The notes below the pieces were generated by a model that had not been told where the DNA came from, did not search any database, and saw only the letters and a program-made list of their open reading frames with translations. 64,000 nucleotides of DNA from a virus (Duplodnaviria; Heunggongvirae; Uroviricota; Caudoviricetes): IMG/VR virus record IMGVR_UViG_3300049830_000314; one strand, given 5' to 3'. Position 1 is the stretch's first letter. Each line of letters starts with the position of its first letter. Below are positions 1 through 8,914 of the stretch, one piece after another. A program made the position numbers and the translations under genes.

Positions 1-1033
1 TTTCGCGAATGAAATCAGCAACTGCTTCTCTTGAGTCTCTTAATCCCATTCTTTGTTTTTCTTCTTCGCCCCATGATGTAACCTCAGTTTTCATTGTTTT
101 CAACGTTTTTAACGCTTCATCATAAGTATCCTCAAACACCACAACAGCAACAAATAGTTCTTTCAAGTGTGCGATTGAAAAATCTTGAGTGTCTTCCACC
201 CATTTATCAACATCAACAACCTCAAGTGGCTTGTCACCCAATAAATATTCAAGATACAATTTTCTTGAAGCTGCATTGGGATATCCAACTTTATATCGTT
301 TGTCAAATCGACTTGGGCGATTCATGATTCTTTGCCCCAATTTTTCTGGATAGTTTGTTGTAGCAAGAAAAACTATCTTATCCATTCTGTCAACACCATC
401 CAGAATATTGATAACTTCTGTTTCAGAATAGTGAACAATCGTGGAATCAATGTCTTCCATTAAGACTACAACTGGTGTCTCTGGTTGAATCTCGCGCAAT
501 TTTCTGATTCCAGCGCTAAAATATCCAGGAGCGGTGAATTTAATCACAATGCCGCCTCTCTCAATAACATCCCTGCTAACAAGCTGAAGCGTGCAGCTTT
601 TTCCGCCGCCCGGTGGCCCCCAAAGAATGATTCCTCGCTTATATGTGAGGTTTCTTTCACGGAATTTATCTTCACTATTCCAGAACTTCTTAATTTCTGT
701 CGTTACACGCTTAGTGTTAGCATCTGGAAATTCCAACAAGCCATCTGTCTTAACTGGTATTTTCTCAAAATACAATCCGATATTTGGATGTGCTGCTATT
801 TCGTAGTAACCAGGCTTCAATACATCAACAGTATGTCCCGTTGGAATATAGATAACTCCATTTGAAGTAGACCATTGTACCATGGTGGTATCAAACTTAT
901 CTTCAGCTTCTTCTACGGGCGGACTCTGACAAATCTCAGAAGGCTCGTTAAATCGGCGTTTCATTCTGACGCCAACGTCATCGGTTGGTGGAGCTGTTGC
1001 CAAAATATGATTAAGTTCATCGTTTTCGTCCAT
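1..1033 (-). CDS. AAA+ family ATPase (runs off the left edge; absent from ORF track)
   Basis: Manual translation from ATG at 1033: Walker A YKRGIILWGPPGGGKS, Walker B VVVLMEDID, ATTNYPEKL, arginine finger NRPSRFD; open to base 1. Confidence 0.9.
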   Translation of the reverse strand, partial: MDENDELNHILATAPPTDDVGVRMKRRFNEPSEICQSPPVEEAEDKFDTTMVQWSTSNGVIYIPTGHTVDVLKPGYYEIAAHPNIGLYFEKIPVKTDGLLEFPDANTKRVTTEIKKFWNSEDKFRERNLTYKRGIILWGPPGGGKSCTLQLVSRDVIERGGIVIKFTAPGYFSAGIRKLREIQPETPVVVLMEDIDSTIVHYSETEVINILDGVDRMDKIVFLATTNYPEKLGQRIMNRPSRFDKRYKVGYPNAASRKLYLEYLLGDKPLEVVDVDKWVEDTQDFSIAHLKELFVAVVVFEDTYDEALKTLKTMKTEVTSWGEEEKQRMGLRDSREAVADFIRE

Positions 1034-1035
1034 AA

Positions 1036-2076
1036 TTATTCAATTGTATTAATTGTCTTGACGATTCGTGCCACAATACGATAAGGGTCTGCATTAGAGG
1101 CTGGTCGTCGGTCTTCGAGATAGCCCTTTACTGCGGCTGCGGTTGTTTGTGGAATCCTAATAGATGCGCCACGGTCGCTTACACCAACCTTAAATTCATT
1201 AATAGAGGCTGTTTCATGCTTTCCGGTGAGTCGAAGCTCATTCTTACTTCCATATTCTGCAATATGCTCTGGATGAAGTGCTTGAAATGCTTCACAAATC
1301 TGCTCCAAGTATTCTCCGCCTTCTTCGCGCATTCGGTCATTTGAGAAATTACAGTGCATGCCACTACCATTCCAATCACCATCAACTGGCTTTGGATGAA
1401 GGTCAAATAAAACTTCATGTCGCTCCGAGATGCGATACATGAGATATCGAGCTAGCCACAACTCGTCTGCCGCCTGTTTAGCGCCATAGCCGAGCATTTG
1501 AAATTCCCATTGCCCTTTCATTACTTCTGCGTTGATGCCAGTTACATTTAATCCAGCAAAAAGGCAAGTGTCAAGATGTGATTCGACAATTTCACGCCCA
1601 ACGGCATTATCGTATCCGACGCTGCAATAATATGGGCCTTGAGGTTCGGGATATCCGGCCTGCGGGAATCCCAATGGTAAACCTGTTCCTGGGTTTATTA
1701 AAACATATTCTTGTTCAAAACCGAACCAAAAACTTTCATCGTCTTCTGGGATTGTTGCGCGAGTGTTCGAAGGGTGTGGAGTTACACCATCTGGCATCAT
1801 TACCTCACACATAACCAGATAAGCCTCGCTATTCTCTGTTGTGCGATTTGGGTCATAAATCATATGAACTGGTTTAAGTGCGCAATCGGAATAATTGCCT
1901 TCTGCCTGCCCTGTGCTTGAACCATCGAAGAACCAAATGGGTAGGTCTTCGACTGTTGGCGACAAAGGGAAGATTACCCCTTGTATGTCTGGCATGTTAA
2001 TTATTTTAGTCTTACTGCGAAGGTTGGGCTCTGGAGTGTTGCCATCAAGCCAAATGTACTCAAACTTATATTTCAT
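1036..2076 (-). CDS. glnII: Glutamine synthetase type II
   Basis: EYIWLDG...LRSKT, WFFDGSSTGQAEG, FGFEQEY, PQGPYYC, INAEVMKGQWEFQ, DWNGSGMHCNFS, RLTGKHET, RGASIRIP, GYLEDRRPASNADPY. Confidence 0.95.
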   Translation of the reverse strand: MKYKFEYIWLDGNTPEPNLRSKTKIINMPDIQGVIFPLSPTVEDLPIWFFDGSSTGQAEGNYSDCALKPVHMIYDPNRTTENSEAYLVMCEVMMPDGVTPHPSNTRATIPEDDESFWFGFEQEYVLINPGTGLPLGFPQAGYPEPQGPYYCSVGYDNAVGREIVESHLDTCLFAGLNVTGINAEVMKGQWEFQMLGYGAKQAADELWLARYLMYRISERHEVLFDLHPKPVDGDWNGSGMHCNFSNDRMREEGGEYLEQICEAFQALHPEHIAEYGSKNELRLTGKHETASINEFKVGVSDRGASIRIPQTTAAAVKGYLEDRRPASNADPYRIVARIVKTINTIE

Positions 2077-2107
2077 ATTGCTTCCCTAAAGGTTAATATA
2101 GTATACC

Positions 2108-2938
2108 TTATGGATTTGGTGTAAACCCAGCCATGCCATCAAAAACAGTAAAATCTAATCTTTCTCTTAAATTGTATTTCAAATGTTCAAATGCCTTGCT
2201 GCCATAAAACCAATCATAGTTTTCAGCGACTCCATAGGCCTCTGGTGATGTTTTAGTTAATCCACCGTCATGAAATTCTTGAACGACAAGGTGTGTGAAT
2301 GTGGGTAGTTCTCTAATTCTGTCACACCATTTATCAAGCTCTCTTAAATCTATACCGCCAGCTTCTTGTTCATCGCGAATAAATGGTAATGTTGGTGTAG
2401 CCGTAATACAAACTGGTACGCCTTTCTCAGATAATAACTTGATAGCTCTCCATCTGGCTTCAAGTCCCGGCGCACCGGGAGAGAAGCTTTTTCTTACTGT
2501 CTCGTCATTGGTTTCGATGGTGAAATTCACCCGCACATTGTCACCAAACTTCACTAATGTATCAAGACTACCAACCACCAGTGGGCTGCGTGTTTGCAAC
2601 ACTAATTTACTTGGCAAGCCGACTTTCAGCATGGCTTCAAGCATAGCTTGAGTGTAAGGTAGGGTTTTTGGCTGATATGGGTCAGTCATTACGTTAGCAT
2701 ACACAGTCTTGCCAACAACTTGCGCCACTTGTTTTTCAAGTGCATCGCAATAAGCAAGGAGTTCGTGTTTTGGTTCAATTCCTTGTTTGAATGTTGCTAA
2801 GTCAGTATGCAGAATCGTAGGCGAATAGCAATATTGGCAACCGAAGAGGCAGCCGGGAGTTACTGACAACCCACTAACCGAAAAATCATAAGACTTCACA
2901 AAGCCGCGCCCTGGATTAAAGATATTGATTTTCTTCAT
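2108..2938 (-). CDS. Radical SAM protein, SplB/DNA-repair-photolyase-like
   Basis: GCLFGCQYCY (CxxxCxxC), MTDPYQP, QTRSPLV. Confidence 0.85.
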   Translation of the reverse strand: MKKINIFNPGRGFVKSYDFSVSGLSVTPGCLFGCQYCYSPTILHTDLATFKQGIEPKHELLAYCDALEKQVAQVVGKTVYANVMTDPYQPKTLPYTQAMLEAMLKVGLPSKLVLQTRSPLVVGSLDTLVKFGDNVRVNFTIETNDETVRKSFSPGAPGLEARWRAIKLLSEKGVPVCITATPTLPFIRDEQEAGGIDLRELDKWCDRIRELPTFTHLVVQEFHDGGLTKTSPEAYGVAENYDWFYGSKAFEHLKYNLRERLDFTVFDGMAGFTPNP

Positions 2939-3087
2939 TTCTTTTGATTCTTAAGCGCTTTTGCAATACGTTCATCAATTAAAGCAACGAGTGTTTTATT
3001 GGCAATGTGTTTTTCAACTTGCGCCACGGAATGTGGGCACATAGAGAAATCTCGCTTGCAAATCGGGCATGTGTCGTATTTAGCCAC
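2935..3087 (-). CDS. Small hypothetical protein (50 aa, CxxC)
   Basis: Manual: MAKYDTCPICKRDFSMCPHS...; fills gap and overlaps both neighbours. Confidence 0.5.
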   Translation of the reverse strand: MAKYDTCPICKRDFSMCPHSVAQVEKHIANKTLVALIDERIAKALKNQKK

Positions 3088-3235
3088 AACTTGCCAACCT
3101 AATTGCTAACGCCCGTATTTCGTGTAATTCTTCAATCAAAACGTCAACTGTCTCTATAAGCTTTTCTAGGTGTTCAGCTTGAGTCAGCGGCAAACCATCT
3201 TGATTTGCGATTTTTTCATAGATGTATGGTAGCAT
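3080..3235 (-). CDS. Small hypothetical protein (51 aa)
   Basis: Manual: MLPYIYEKIANQDG...; fills gap in the minus-strand gene run. Confidence 0.45.
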   Translation of the reverse strand: MLPYIYEKIANQDGLPLTQAEHLEKLIETVDVLIEELHEIRALAIRLASCG

Positions 3236-3244
3236 GACTGTATT

Positions 3245-3862
3245 CTACCCCAATTTACTCTCTCGCATAGCGCCCGGAGAAAGAATCATATATTCAAATG
3301 TGTCGCGCAATTCTTGAATGTTATATGCACCTGAATAAGCTAATCCCGCTTTTGTGCCGCCGATAATTTCAAGTAAAACTTCTTCTGTTCCACCCTTGAA
3401 TGGGACTAATCGGTCAATGCCCTCCGCAGCAATTCCTCGCCTTTTTCCATTCTTGTGTCTATCTTGTGCAGTTTTCGAAGACATGCCGTAATATTCTTTA
3501 AATTTCTCGCCGCTTGGCAGTTCAATAACTGTCCCAGGTGTTTCAGAAGTACCAGCCAGTATATTACCGACACAAACAGAACTTGCTCCAAACGCAAGAG
3601 CCTTAACGACATCTCCAGAATTTCTAAATCCGCCGTCAGCTATCATTGGCACGCCAGTTTCCGCTGATGCTTCAGCACAATCCATGACGCTCGCCAGCGT
3701 GGGCATGCCATGTCCTGTTACAAGTCTCGTCGTACAAGCGGAATTGTGAACGATTACACCTTTAATATTGTATGATGCGTGGTTTTCTACGCATAAATCA
3801 TGCACCTTTCCCTTGTAATGCCTTCTAGATACTTTTTCAATTTGTTTGAGCTTGAATTTCAT
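3245..3862 (-). CDS. guaB: IMPDH/GMP reductase C-terminal half preceded by split-intein C fragment (40 aa, 3743-3862)
   Basis: MKFKLKQI...VHDLCVENHASYNIKGVIVHN|SACTTR; then IADGGFRNSGDVVKALAFGA, YYGMSS, EGI. Confidence 0.92.
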   Translation of the reverse strand: MKFKLKQIEKVSRRHYKGKVHDLCVENHASYNIKGVIVHNSACTTRLVTGHGMPTLASVMDCAEASAETGVPMIADGGFRNSGDVVKALAFGASSVCVGNILAGTSETPGTVIELPSGEKFKEYYGMSSKTAQDRHKNGKRRGIAAEGIDRLVPFKGGTEEVLLEIIGGTKAGLAYSGAYNIQELRDTFEYMILSPGAMRESKLG

Positions 3863-4667
3863 AAATTTTTTCCTTGATTTTTTTTAGTTCTTGTAAATAA
3901 TCTGTTTTTCTACTTTCTGGTTCTAACACTCGATATAAATGATACCCGTTTTTGGTAGCTAATTCGTTTTTAAAATCGTCATTATTGCGAAAAAATCCAT
4001 GCCAATAATAACCATCATACTCAATTAAAAGCTTGTCAAACAAACAAACATCAAAAGTGTATCTTCCAAATCTTTTTTGGCGAATAGTGTTTTCTTCTCC
4101 AAATGCAGCGGCAAGCATAAGATACATTTTTTCTTCCGCCATACTTTTAAAAGCTTTATTTTGTTTGCAAACAGCTAAATCAGCGTATTCTTCTTTGGAG
4201 CAAGCATATTTTAAAAAATAAGATTTTAACGTTCTTCGGTTGATGTGGTGTTTTTCAGCAAGAGATGTCAGCGTTTGGTTGGTGTTTTTAAAATCATCAA
4301 AAATTTCAATTATTTGTTCTTTGGTTAAATTTAATAACTCCAATTGTTTAGCTTCTATCTTTTCCTTGTGGTCGTTTCTATATTTTTGGTTTTTCTCTTT
4401 TATGATGTTTAAAACTGCTTGAGAGTGTTTTTTTCCAAAAAATGGATTGTTTTCACCCTTGTTGTCCGGCTGTTTTGCCATCATCTTTTTCAATGATTCT
4501 TCTGAATGGGTGCAATTTTTAAACACAGGCTCGACAGCCAAGAGTGCATAGTAACATGATTTGTTACAATATTTCTGTCGCTTATCTTTTGTGCTGAATT
4601 CTTTTTTACATTGTGAGCATTGTTTGTTGTACGGCATAGGTTGTGAGTCTCCTTGCTTTATATTCAT
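3837..4667 (-). CDS. Free-standing Vsr-like/DUF559 homing endonuclease with Zn motif and NUMOD3-like repeat
   Basis: CSQC..YCNKSC; GENNPFFGKKHS; FDVCLFDKLLIEYDGYYWH...DDFKNELATKNGYHLYRV. Confidence 0.85.
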   Translation of the reverse strand: MNIKQGDSQPMPYNKQCSQCKKEFSTKDKRQKYCNKSCYYALLAVEPVFKNCTHSEESLKKMMAKQPDNKGENNPFFGKKHSQAVLNIIKEKNQKYRNDHKEKIEAKQLELLNLTKEQIIEIFDDFKNTNQTLTSLAEKHHINRRTLKSYFLKYACSKEEYADLAVCKQNKAFKSMAEEKMYLMLAAAFGEENTIRQKRFGRYTFDVCLFDKLLIEYDGYYWHGFFRNNDDFKNELATKNGYHLYRVLEPESRKTDYLQELKKIKEKIYEIQAQTN

Positions 4668-4685
4668 GCGCCATACAATGAATAC

Positions 4686-5558
4686 CTACTCCAATTCAAT
4701 TAAAAAATAATCTTCGTTTAAATCAGACGCCGAAACCCATTCAGCATACTGGTGTATATTTGATTCATTCACCAAGTCTTGACTATTCTTGTGAAGAACG
4801 TAAAATTCGTGATTTTCTGTGCATTCAATATCATTTATGACACATAGCTCTTCGTCTTTTTCGTAAATAAATAGTTCAATAACTTTTTGAAGCTCACCAA
4901 GATGGGTATAAACCATGTCGTTAACACAAATATCTTGAATAGGTTTTAATCCGCACTCTGTTTTTACTAAACAGTCAGGGGTAAAACACCCACCACCAAT
5001 ACCAACTCGAATCCCGTCAGCGCCAGCATCAACCATGCGCATAAAACCATCTCTCGTAGCGATATTGCCACCCACAACGTCAATGTGTGGATACTCTGCC
5101 TTAATGCGCTTCATTGTGTCTGCAACAGCCTTGCTGTCGCCATGCGCCACATCTACAACTACTGCGCGAACGCTATGATGGTCGAGCCATCCATTGTCTA
5201 TCTCTTCACCCTTAATGCCAACGCTGATAACAGATTCGATTGGGACAGAATCTCCAAACTTGTCAGCTATAAATACAAACTCATCCATCTGAGCGATATA
5301 TTTCGCAGAATCCATAAAACGATGCAAGATGCCAAAGCTACCATTGCGCCACATAGACACCATCATTGCGGCTTCTGTAACAGTTGCCATGTTGGTGGAA
5401 ATAATTGGATTGGCAATATCTATGTTGCGTGTAAATTTAGTTGCAACAGATGGAATTGCGCGAGATGGCACATTGCTCTCTCGTGGTAATAGCAATACAT
5501 CATCAAATGACAATGCATAGGGCATACGGCTATAAGTGGTGTCAAACCTGAATGGCAT
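4686..5558 (-). CDS. guaB: IMPDH/GMP reductase N-terminal half followed by split-intein N fragment (100 aa, 4689-4988)
   Basis: LSFDDVLLLP, PIISTNMATVT, GILHRF, VDVAHG, GGNIAT, GADGIRVGIGGG|CFTPDCLV...CTENHEF...LIELE-stop; no CBS domains. Confidence 0.92.
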   Translation of the reverse strand: MPFRFDTTYSRMPYALSFDDVLLLPRESNVPSRAIPSVATKFTRNIDIANPIISTNMATVTEAAMMVSMWRNGSFGILHRFMDSAKYIAQMDEFVFIADKFGDSVPIESVISVGIKGEEIDNGWLDHHSVRAVVVDVAHGDSKAVADTMKRIKAEYPHIDVVGGNIATRDGFMRMVDAGADGIRVGIGGGCFTPDCLVKTECGLKPIQDICVNDMVYTHLGELQKVIELFIYEKDEELCVINDIECTENHEFYVLHKNSQDLVNESNIHQYAEWVSASDLNEDYFLIELE

Positions 5559-5561
5559 ATA

Positions 5562-5593
5562 TGTGATTATAGTCTATTTTAACTATAATCACA
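5562..5593. repeat. Perfect 12-bp inverted repeat upstream of guaB-N
   Basis: TGTGATTATAGT-ctatttta-ACTATAATCACA; contains TATAAT on both strands. Confidence 0.7.
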
Positions 5594-5595
5594 CA

Positions 5596-5904
5596 CTATT
5601 GTGGGCGTGCTGCTTCAATATAATCATCCAGTAAGAAAGACACAGGTTCTTGATTGCCAAAGGAAATCACAAATCTATCCACCTTTCGTGTTTGAGCAAA
5701 CTCAACTAAGTCTCTCATATAACATGATTCGATAGCTGTTGGGTATGCGGCGGGGAAATAATCTACAAAAATGCAAATATATTTACACACATCGCTGGTG
5801 CAAATTAATGGCTCTTCACCGAAATTAGAATACGGATAGAACACTATTTCTTCGAACTTGGGCACGTACACATAAGTGTTTTCTATCACACCCAAGTCAC
5901 ACAC
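5596..5904 (-). CDS. Hypothetical protein
   Basis: ORF track; tiles the minus-strand run. Confidence 0.6.
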   Translation of the reverse strand: MCDLGVIENTYVYVPKFEEIVFYPYSNFGEEPLICTSDVCKYICIFVDYFPAAYPTAIESCYMRDLVEFAQTRKVDRFVISFGNQEPVSFLLDDYIEAARPQ

Positions 5905-5907
5905 CTG

Positions 5908-6585
5908 CTATTTACACAAATCATCTGCGCCACTAATGCCAGTCATTTTAGCACTGTGATGGTCTGATGCTCTAAAGTTTTTTGTTGCCATGTTCTTTTT
6001 AATATCTTGATAACTGTATGGGTGGTAGTTATTAGTGTCTACTCCAACATCCATGGATAGGGTAAATTCATAATCTTGCATTAAGTCCCCGAAGTCATTT
6101 TTTAAACCAGCATGGCTGTGTCCGTAAACATGCCAACTGCCATGATGTGATTTTGACCACACTCTGAGGGCGTAGTGGCACATGACGATTGATTGTTTAC
6201 CACGCTCCGTGTCTTCATCTTCAATTTGCACTTCGTATAACTGTGGAATAACTTTCCAATGTTTACGAATTATATCTAGCTGTGATTCGTGATTACCCGG
6301 TACGTACATTATCTTTCCGTTGAATGTTTGTATCAAGCTTTCCGCTTGTTTTAGAATTCTTGGGTCAGTTTCGCGCTTACCCTCAATTCTCGGAACCAAT
6401 AATGCGTCACCTAGATTAAAAATAATAGCATCCTTATCAAAGATGCTATTATGTCTGTCGCGAATCGCTTCGTTCATTTCCAATACATCCTTAAACGGAC
6501 GGTTGGAATACATTATTACGTTTTTGTGGAACAGGTGGTAATCCGAAGTAAAGCCGACCTGTTGCGTATTTGGATTTATTGTCAT
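5908..6585 (-). CDS. Calcineurin-like metallophosphoesterase
   Basis: FTSDYHLFH, NLGD, VPGNHE, MCHY, VYGHSH, DVGVD. Confidence 0.9.
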   Translation of the reverse strand: MTINPNTQQVGFTSDYHLFHKNVIMYSNRPFKDVLEMNEAIRDRHNSIFDKDAIIFNLGDALLVPRIEGKRETDPRILKQAESLIQTFNGKIMYVPGNHESQLDIIRKHWKVIPQLYEVQIEDEDTERGKQSIVMCHYALRVWSKSHHGSWHVYGHSHAGLKNDFGDLMQDYEFTLSMDVGVDTNNYHPYSYQDIKKNMATKNFRASDHHSAKMTGISGADDLCK

Positions 6586-6630
6586 ATCCTTTTTTCTCTT
6601 TGTTTTTCAATTGGATTATACCACAAAGAG

Positions 6631-6975
6631 CTACGTGTCATCCTTTTGTATCTTGCGCTTGGCGCGATTTGCCAAATCCAACCAAGCTGCGTTGGCTGTT
6701 TTTAAATTGGTGTTTTCACTTTCAAGCTTTTTTACTTTCTCTTCCAATGATTTGTAATATGCCAATTTTTCGCTACTAATCATTGCCATTGATACTGGTT
6801 TGACAATTTCAATATCAGGTGGATTGGCTGCCAGTTCCATTATGCCAGTTTCTCCGAGGAAAGATATTTTACCGTTCCATATGATAGAGTAAACGCTTTC
6901 CCCATCTATGATGTCAGAATGTTCAATTCGATAGCCAAGCATTTTCAGCTTGGCTATTGATTCTTGTAAATTCAT
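6631..6975 (-). CDS. Hypothetical protein with C-terminal coiled coil
   Basis: ORF track; heptad-like LEEKVKKLESENTNLK. Confidence 0.65.
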   Translation of the reverse strand: MNLQESIAKLKMLGYRIEHSDIIDGESVYSIIWNGKISFLGETGIMELAANPPDIEIVKPVSMAMISSEKLAYYKSLEEKVKKLESENTNLKTANAAWLDLANRAKRKIQKDDT

Positions 6976-6976
6976 A

Positions 6977-7861
6977 TTAACTCAAATCGGCTGGTGCTGC
7001 CCAACAATCGTATCCACAAACACCCAGGAAAGCTGGATATGTAATACCATCACGACTGAACCAAATAAGAAATGGCTTGTCCAAGAATAGACGAGGTTTG
7101 AAATCCATGGACATGCTTCGCGATTTAGTCATAACAGCCGCAGACTTGGCTGTTGCGCCTTTTTCATTTAATTTCAAAATGAATTGCTGAATGCAAGCAT
7201 CAATTCTCCACCCATCGGAGTTCATGCCGACAACCCAACCTTGTACTATTTGAAAATCCATGTTAATCATTGGAAGTTCTAAGCCATCATAGGCTTGTGT
7301 CGCATCGTAATAACCCATTTGAAGCTCACGCGCCAGTGTCAAAAGAGCCTCGTCGCCCATTTCTTCCATTTGCAATGGCATTGCTACAAAGACTTGTGTG
7401 TTATCTTCCTTTGTGGCAATTTGAGACATTCCCCATTGCGTTCCATTGACAGTGACTTTCTTACCTGGTAGTTTGGTAAAACTAGCGTAATCATAAGTAT
7501 TACCGTCGTTAGCTCTACCTTTGCTTTTTTCAGCTTCCTGAAGCCATTTCACCCACAATTTCACCACGCTAGCGGTTGCAAATCCACCAGGAAGAATTGA
7601 TGGACATTTGAGTGTAAATCCATGGTCTGATAGCCATTGGTTAATTTCTTCTTCTTTGTCAGAGGCAGTTGAGTCAAATTCTTCATCAGTGAGTGCTTTA
7701 ATTTGTGAACTAACTCCGAGATGCCGCTTAAAATCTTCTTGTTCTTTGTTGACAGGCTGCCAATCTTCTGAGATTGATTTGTATTCAGATGCTTTGAGCA
7801 AACAACCTACGAGTGGAATACGACAAACAGCGTGTGTTTTTACTTTGGTGATTGTATCCAT
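6977..7861 (-). CDS. Serpin-fold protein (N-terminally shortened)
   Basis: EINQWLSD (hF), VVKLWVKW (s3A), VFVAMP, LPMINM, IQQFILKLNEKGATAKSAA (s5A and hinge), LFLDKPFLIWF, AFLG. Confidence 0.75.
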   Translation of the reverse strand: MDTITKVKTHAVCRIPLVGCLLKASEYKSISEDWQPVNKEQEDFKRHLGVSSQIKALTDEEFDSTASDKEEEINQWLSDHGFTLKCPSILPGGFATASVVKLWVKWLQEAEKSKGRANDGNTYDYASFTKLPGKKVTVNGTQWGMSQIATKEDNTQVFVAMPLQMEEMGDEALLTLARELQMGYYDATQAYDGLELPMINMDFQIVQGWVVGMNSDGWRIDACIQQFILKLNEKGATAKSAAVMTKSRSMSMDFKPRLFLDKPFLIWFSRDGITYPAFLGVCGYDCWAAPADLS

Positions 7862-7879
7862 AGTGATTTAAGTATACCA

Positions 7880-8080
7880 CTATTCTTCTTCAATGTTGGG
7901 ATTTCCGCGCATTATTAGATTAGCAGACTTGTACAAGCCGTAATGTTCTTCTAAAATCATTTGGACTTCCATGCCAACGGCTTTTCGTGCCATTTCATTG
8001 GCGATAGGCCAGGTTCTTTCGAACGTGTGCATCTCGCCTTCGATTACCGTGGTGACTGTCACTGTAAACTCTGTAGACAT
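7880..8080 (-). CDS. Hypothetical protein
   Basis: ORF track; tiles the run. Confidence 0.6.
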   Translation of the reverse strand: MSTEFTVTVTTVIEGEMHTFERTWPIANEMARKAVGMEVQMILEEHYGLYKSANLIMRGNPNIEEE

Positions 8081-8112
8081 AATACAGAGTTACAGTGTTT
8101 TTCCACAAATAC

Positions 8113-8664
8113 CTAAAGCATTTGTGGAACATCGCCCAAAACAGCTCTTAAATTCTCAAGTCCGAGTGCCGTCAACTTGTGAACATACTGCTTGCTAACG
8201 TCAAGTTGTAAAGAAGCCTCTTCGTAAGTTAACCCCTCAAGGTAAATCAAACGAATAGCATCTCTCTGACGCTCTGGGATATCAGCCATAGCCTGATTCA
8301 AAACGATGGTCTTCTCAGAAGCAGAAGTATCATCAGCCGCAGCCTCAAACTCTAGGAGTGTAGCGGCGGTTTCAGAGTCAACAACTGTCACATAAGATGA
8401 CGCATCAGCAGCCTGTGGAACTCGGATTAATCCCCTGTCGTCTCGAATGTGCTTCTTAACGGAGTTCTTTGCGCAGTTCCATGCGTGCGTGATGAATTCA
8501 AATCCGAGGTCTGGATTGAATGTTCGGGCAGCATTAACAATACCCAATCGCGCAGCTTGGTACAAGTCGTCATACTCGTAACGACCCGCAGAGCGGTCAA
8601 AATAATATGTTGCCAACTTGTGTGCAAGTCGGTCAAACTTCTTTAGTGCAGTTGTTTCGTCCAT
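8113..8664 (-). CDS. Sigma-70 family RNA polymerase sigma factor (regions 2 and 4 only)
   Basis: DDLYQAARLGIVNAARTFNPDLGFEFITHA; IPERQRDAIRLIYLEGLTYEEASLQLDVS; SD AGGAG. Confidence 0.9.
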   Translation of the reverse strand: MDETTALKKFDRLAHKLATYYFDRSAGRYEYDDLYQAARLGIVNAARTFNPDLGFEFITHAWNCAKNSVKKHIRDDRGLIRVPQAADASSYVTVVDSETAATLLEFEAAADDTSASEKTIVLNQAMADIPERQRDAIRLIYLEGLTYEEASLQLDVSKQYVHKLTALGLENLRAVLGDVPQML

Positions 8665-8914
8665 TTTTCTATACTCCTGGTTCAGTCCGGTGGCTCACCG
8701 GAGTCCTGAACATTCTTCTTCTTGTTGTTCATTGTTTGTTTGTCCGTGAGAAGCGTTTATTTTGCTTCTCTTTGGCTGTGTAAGAGCCAAAATTGTGTTG
8801 CGCCTGTTTTGGCGTTGAGGAAAGTGGAAAGGGATTCCGCAGGAATCGGTTCCTTTAATCACATGCTTTTGGAAAATTCCAGAGCTTGTTTCTTTATTTG
8901 TGATTTTTACCGAT

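Noticed and set aside
94-1084. Plus-strand ORFs 94-327, 485-865, 591-806, 875-1084
   Set aside because: Antisense shadows of the minus-strand AAA+ ATPase, which has clear motifs.
4686-4688. TAG readthrough or stop-codon recoding joining guaB-N to the endonuclease
   Set aside because: IntN ends at LIELE as in known split inteins; TAG, TGA and TAA all end conserved genes cleanly, so code 11 fits.
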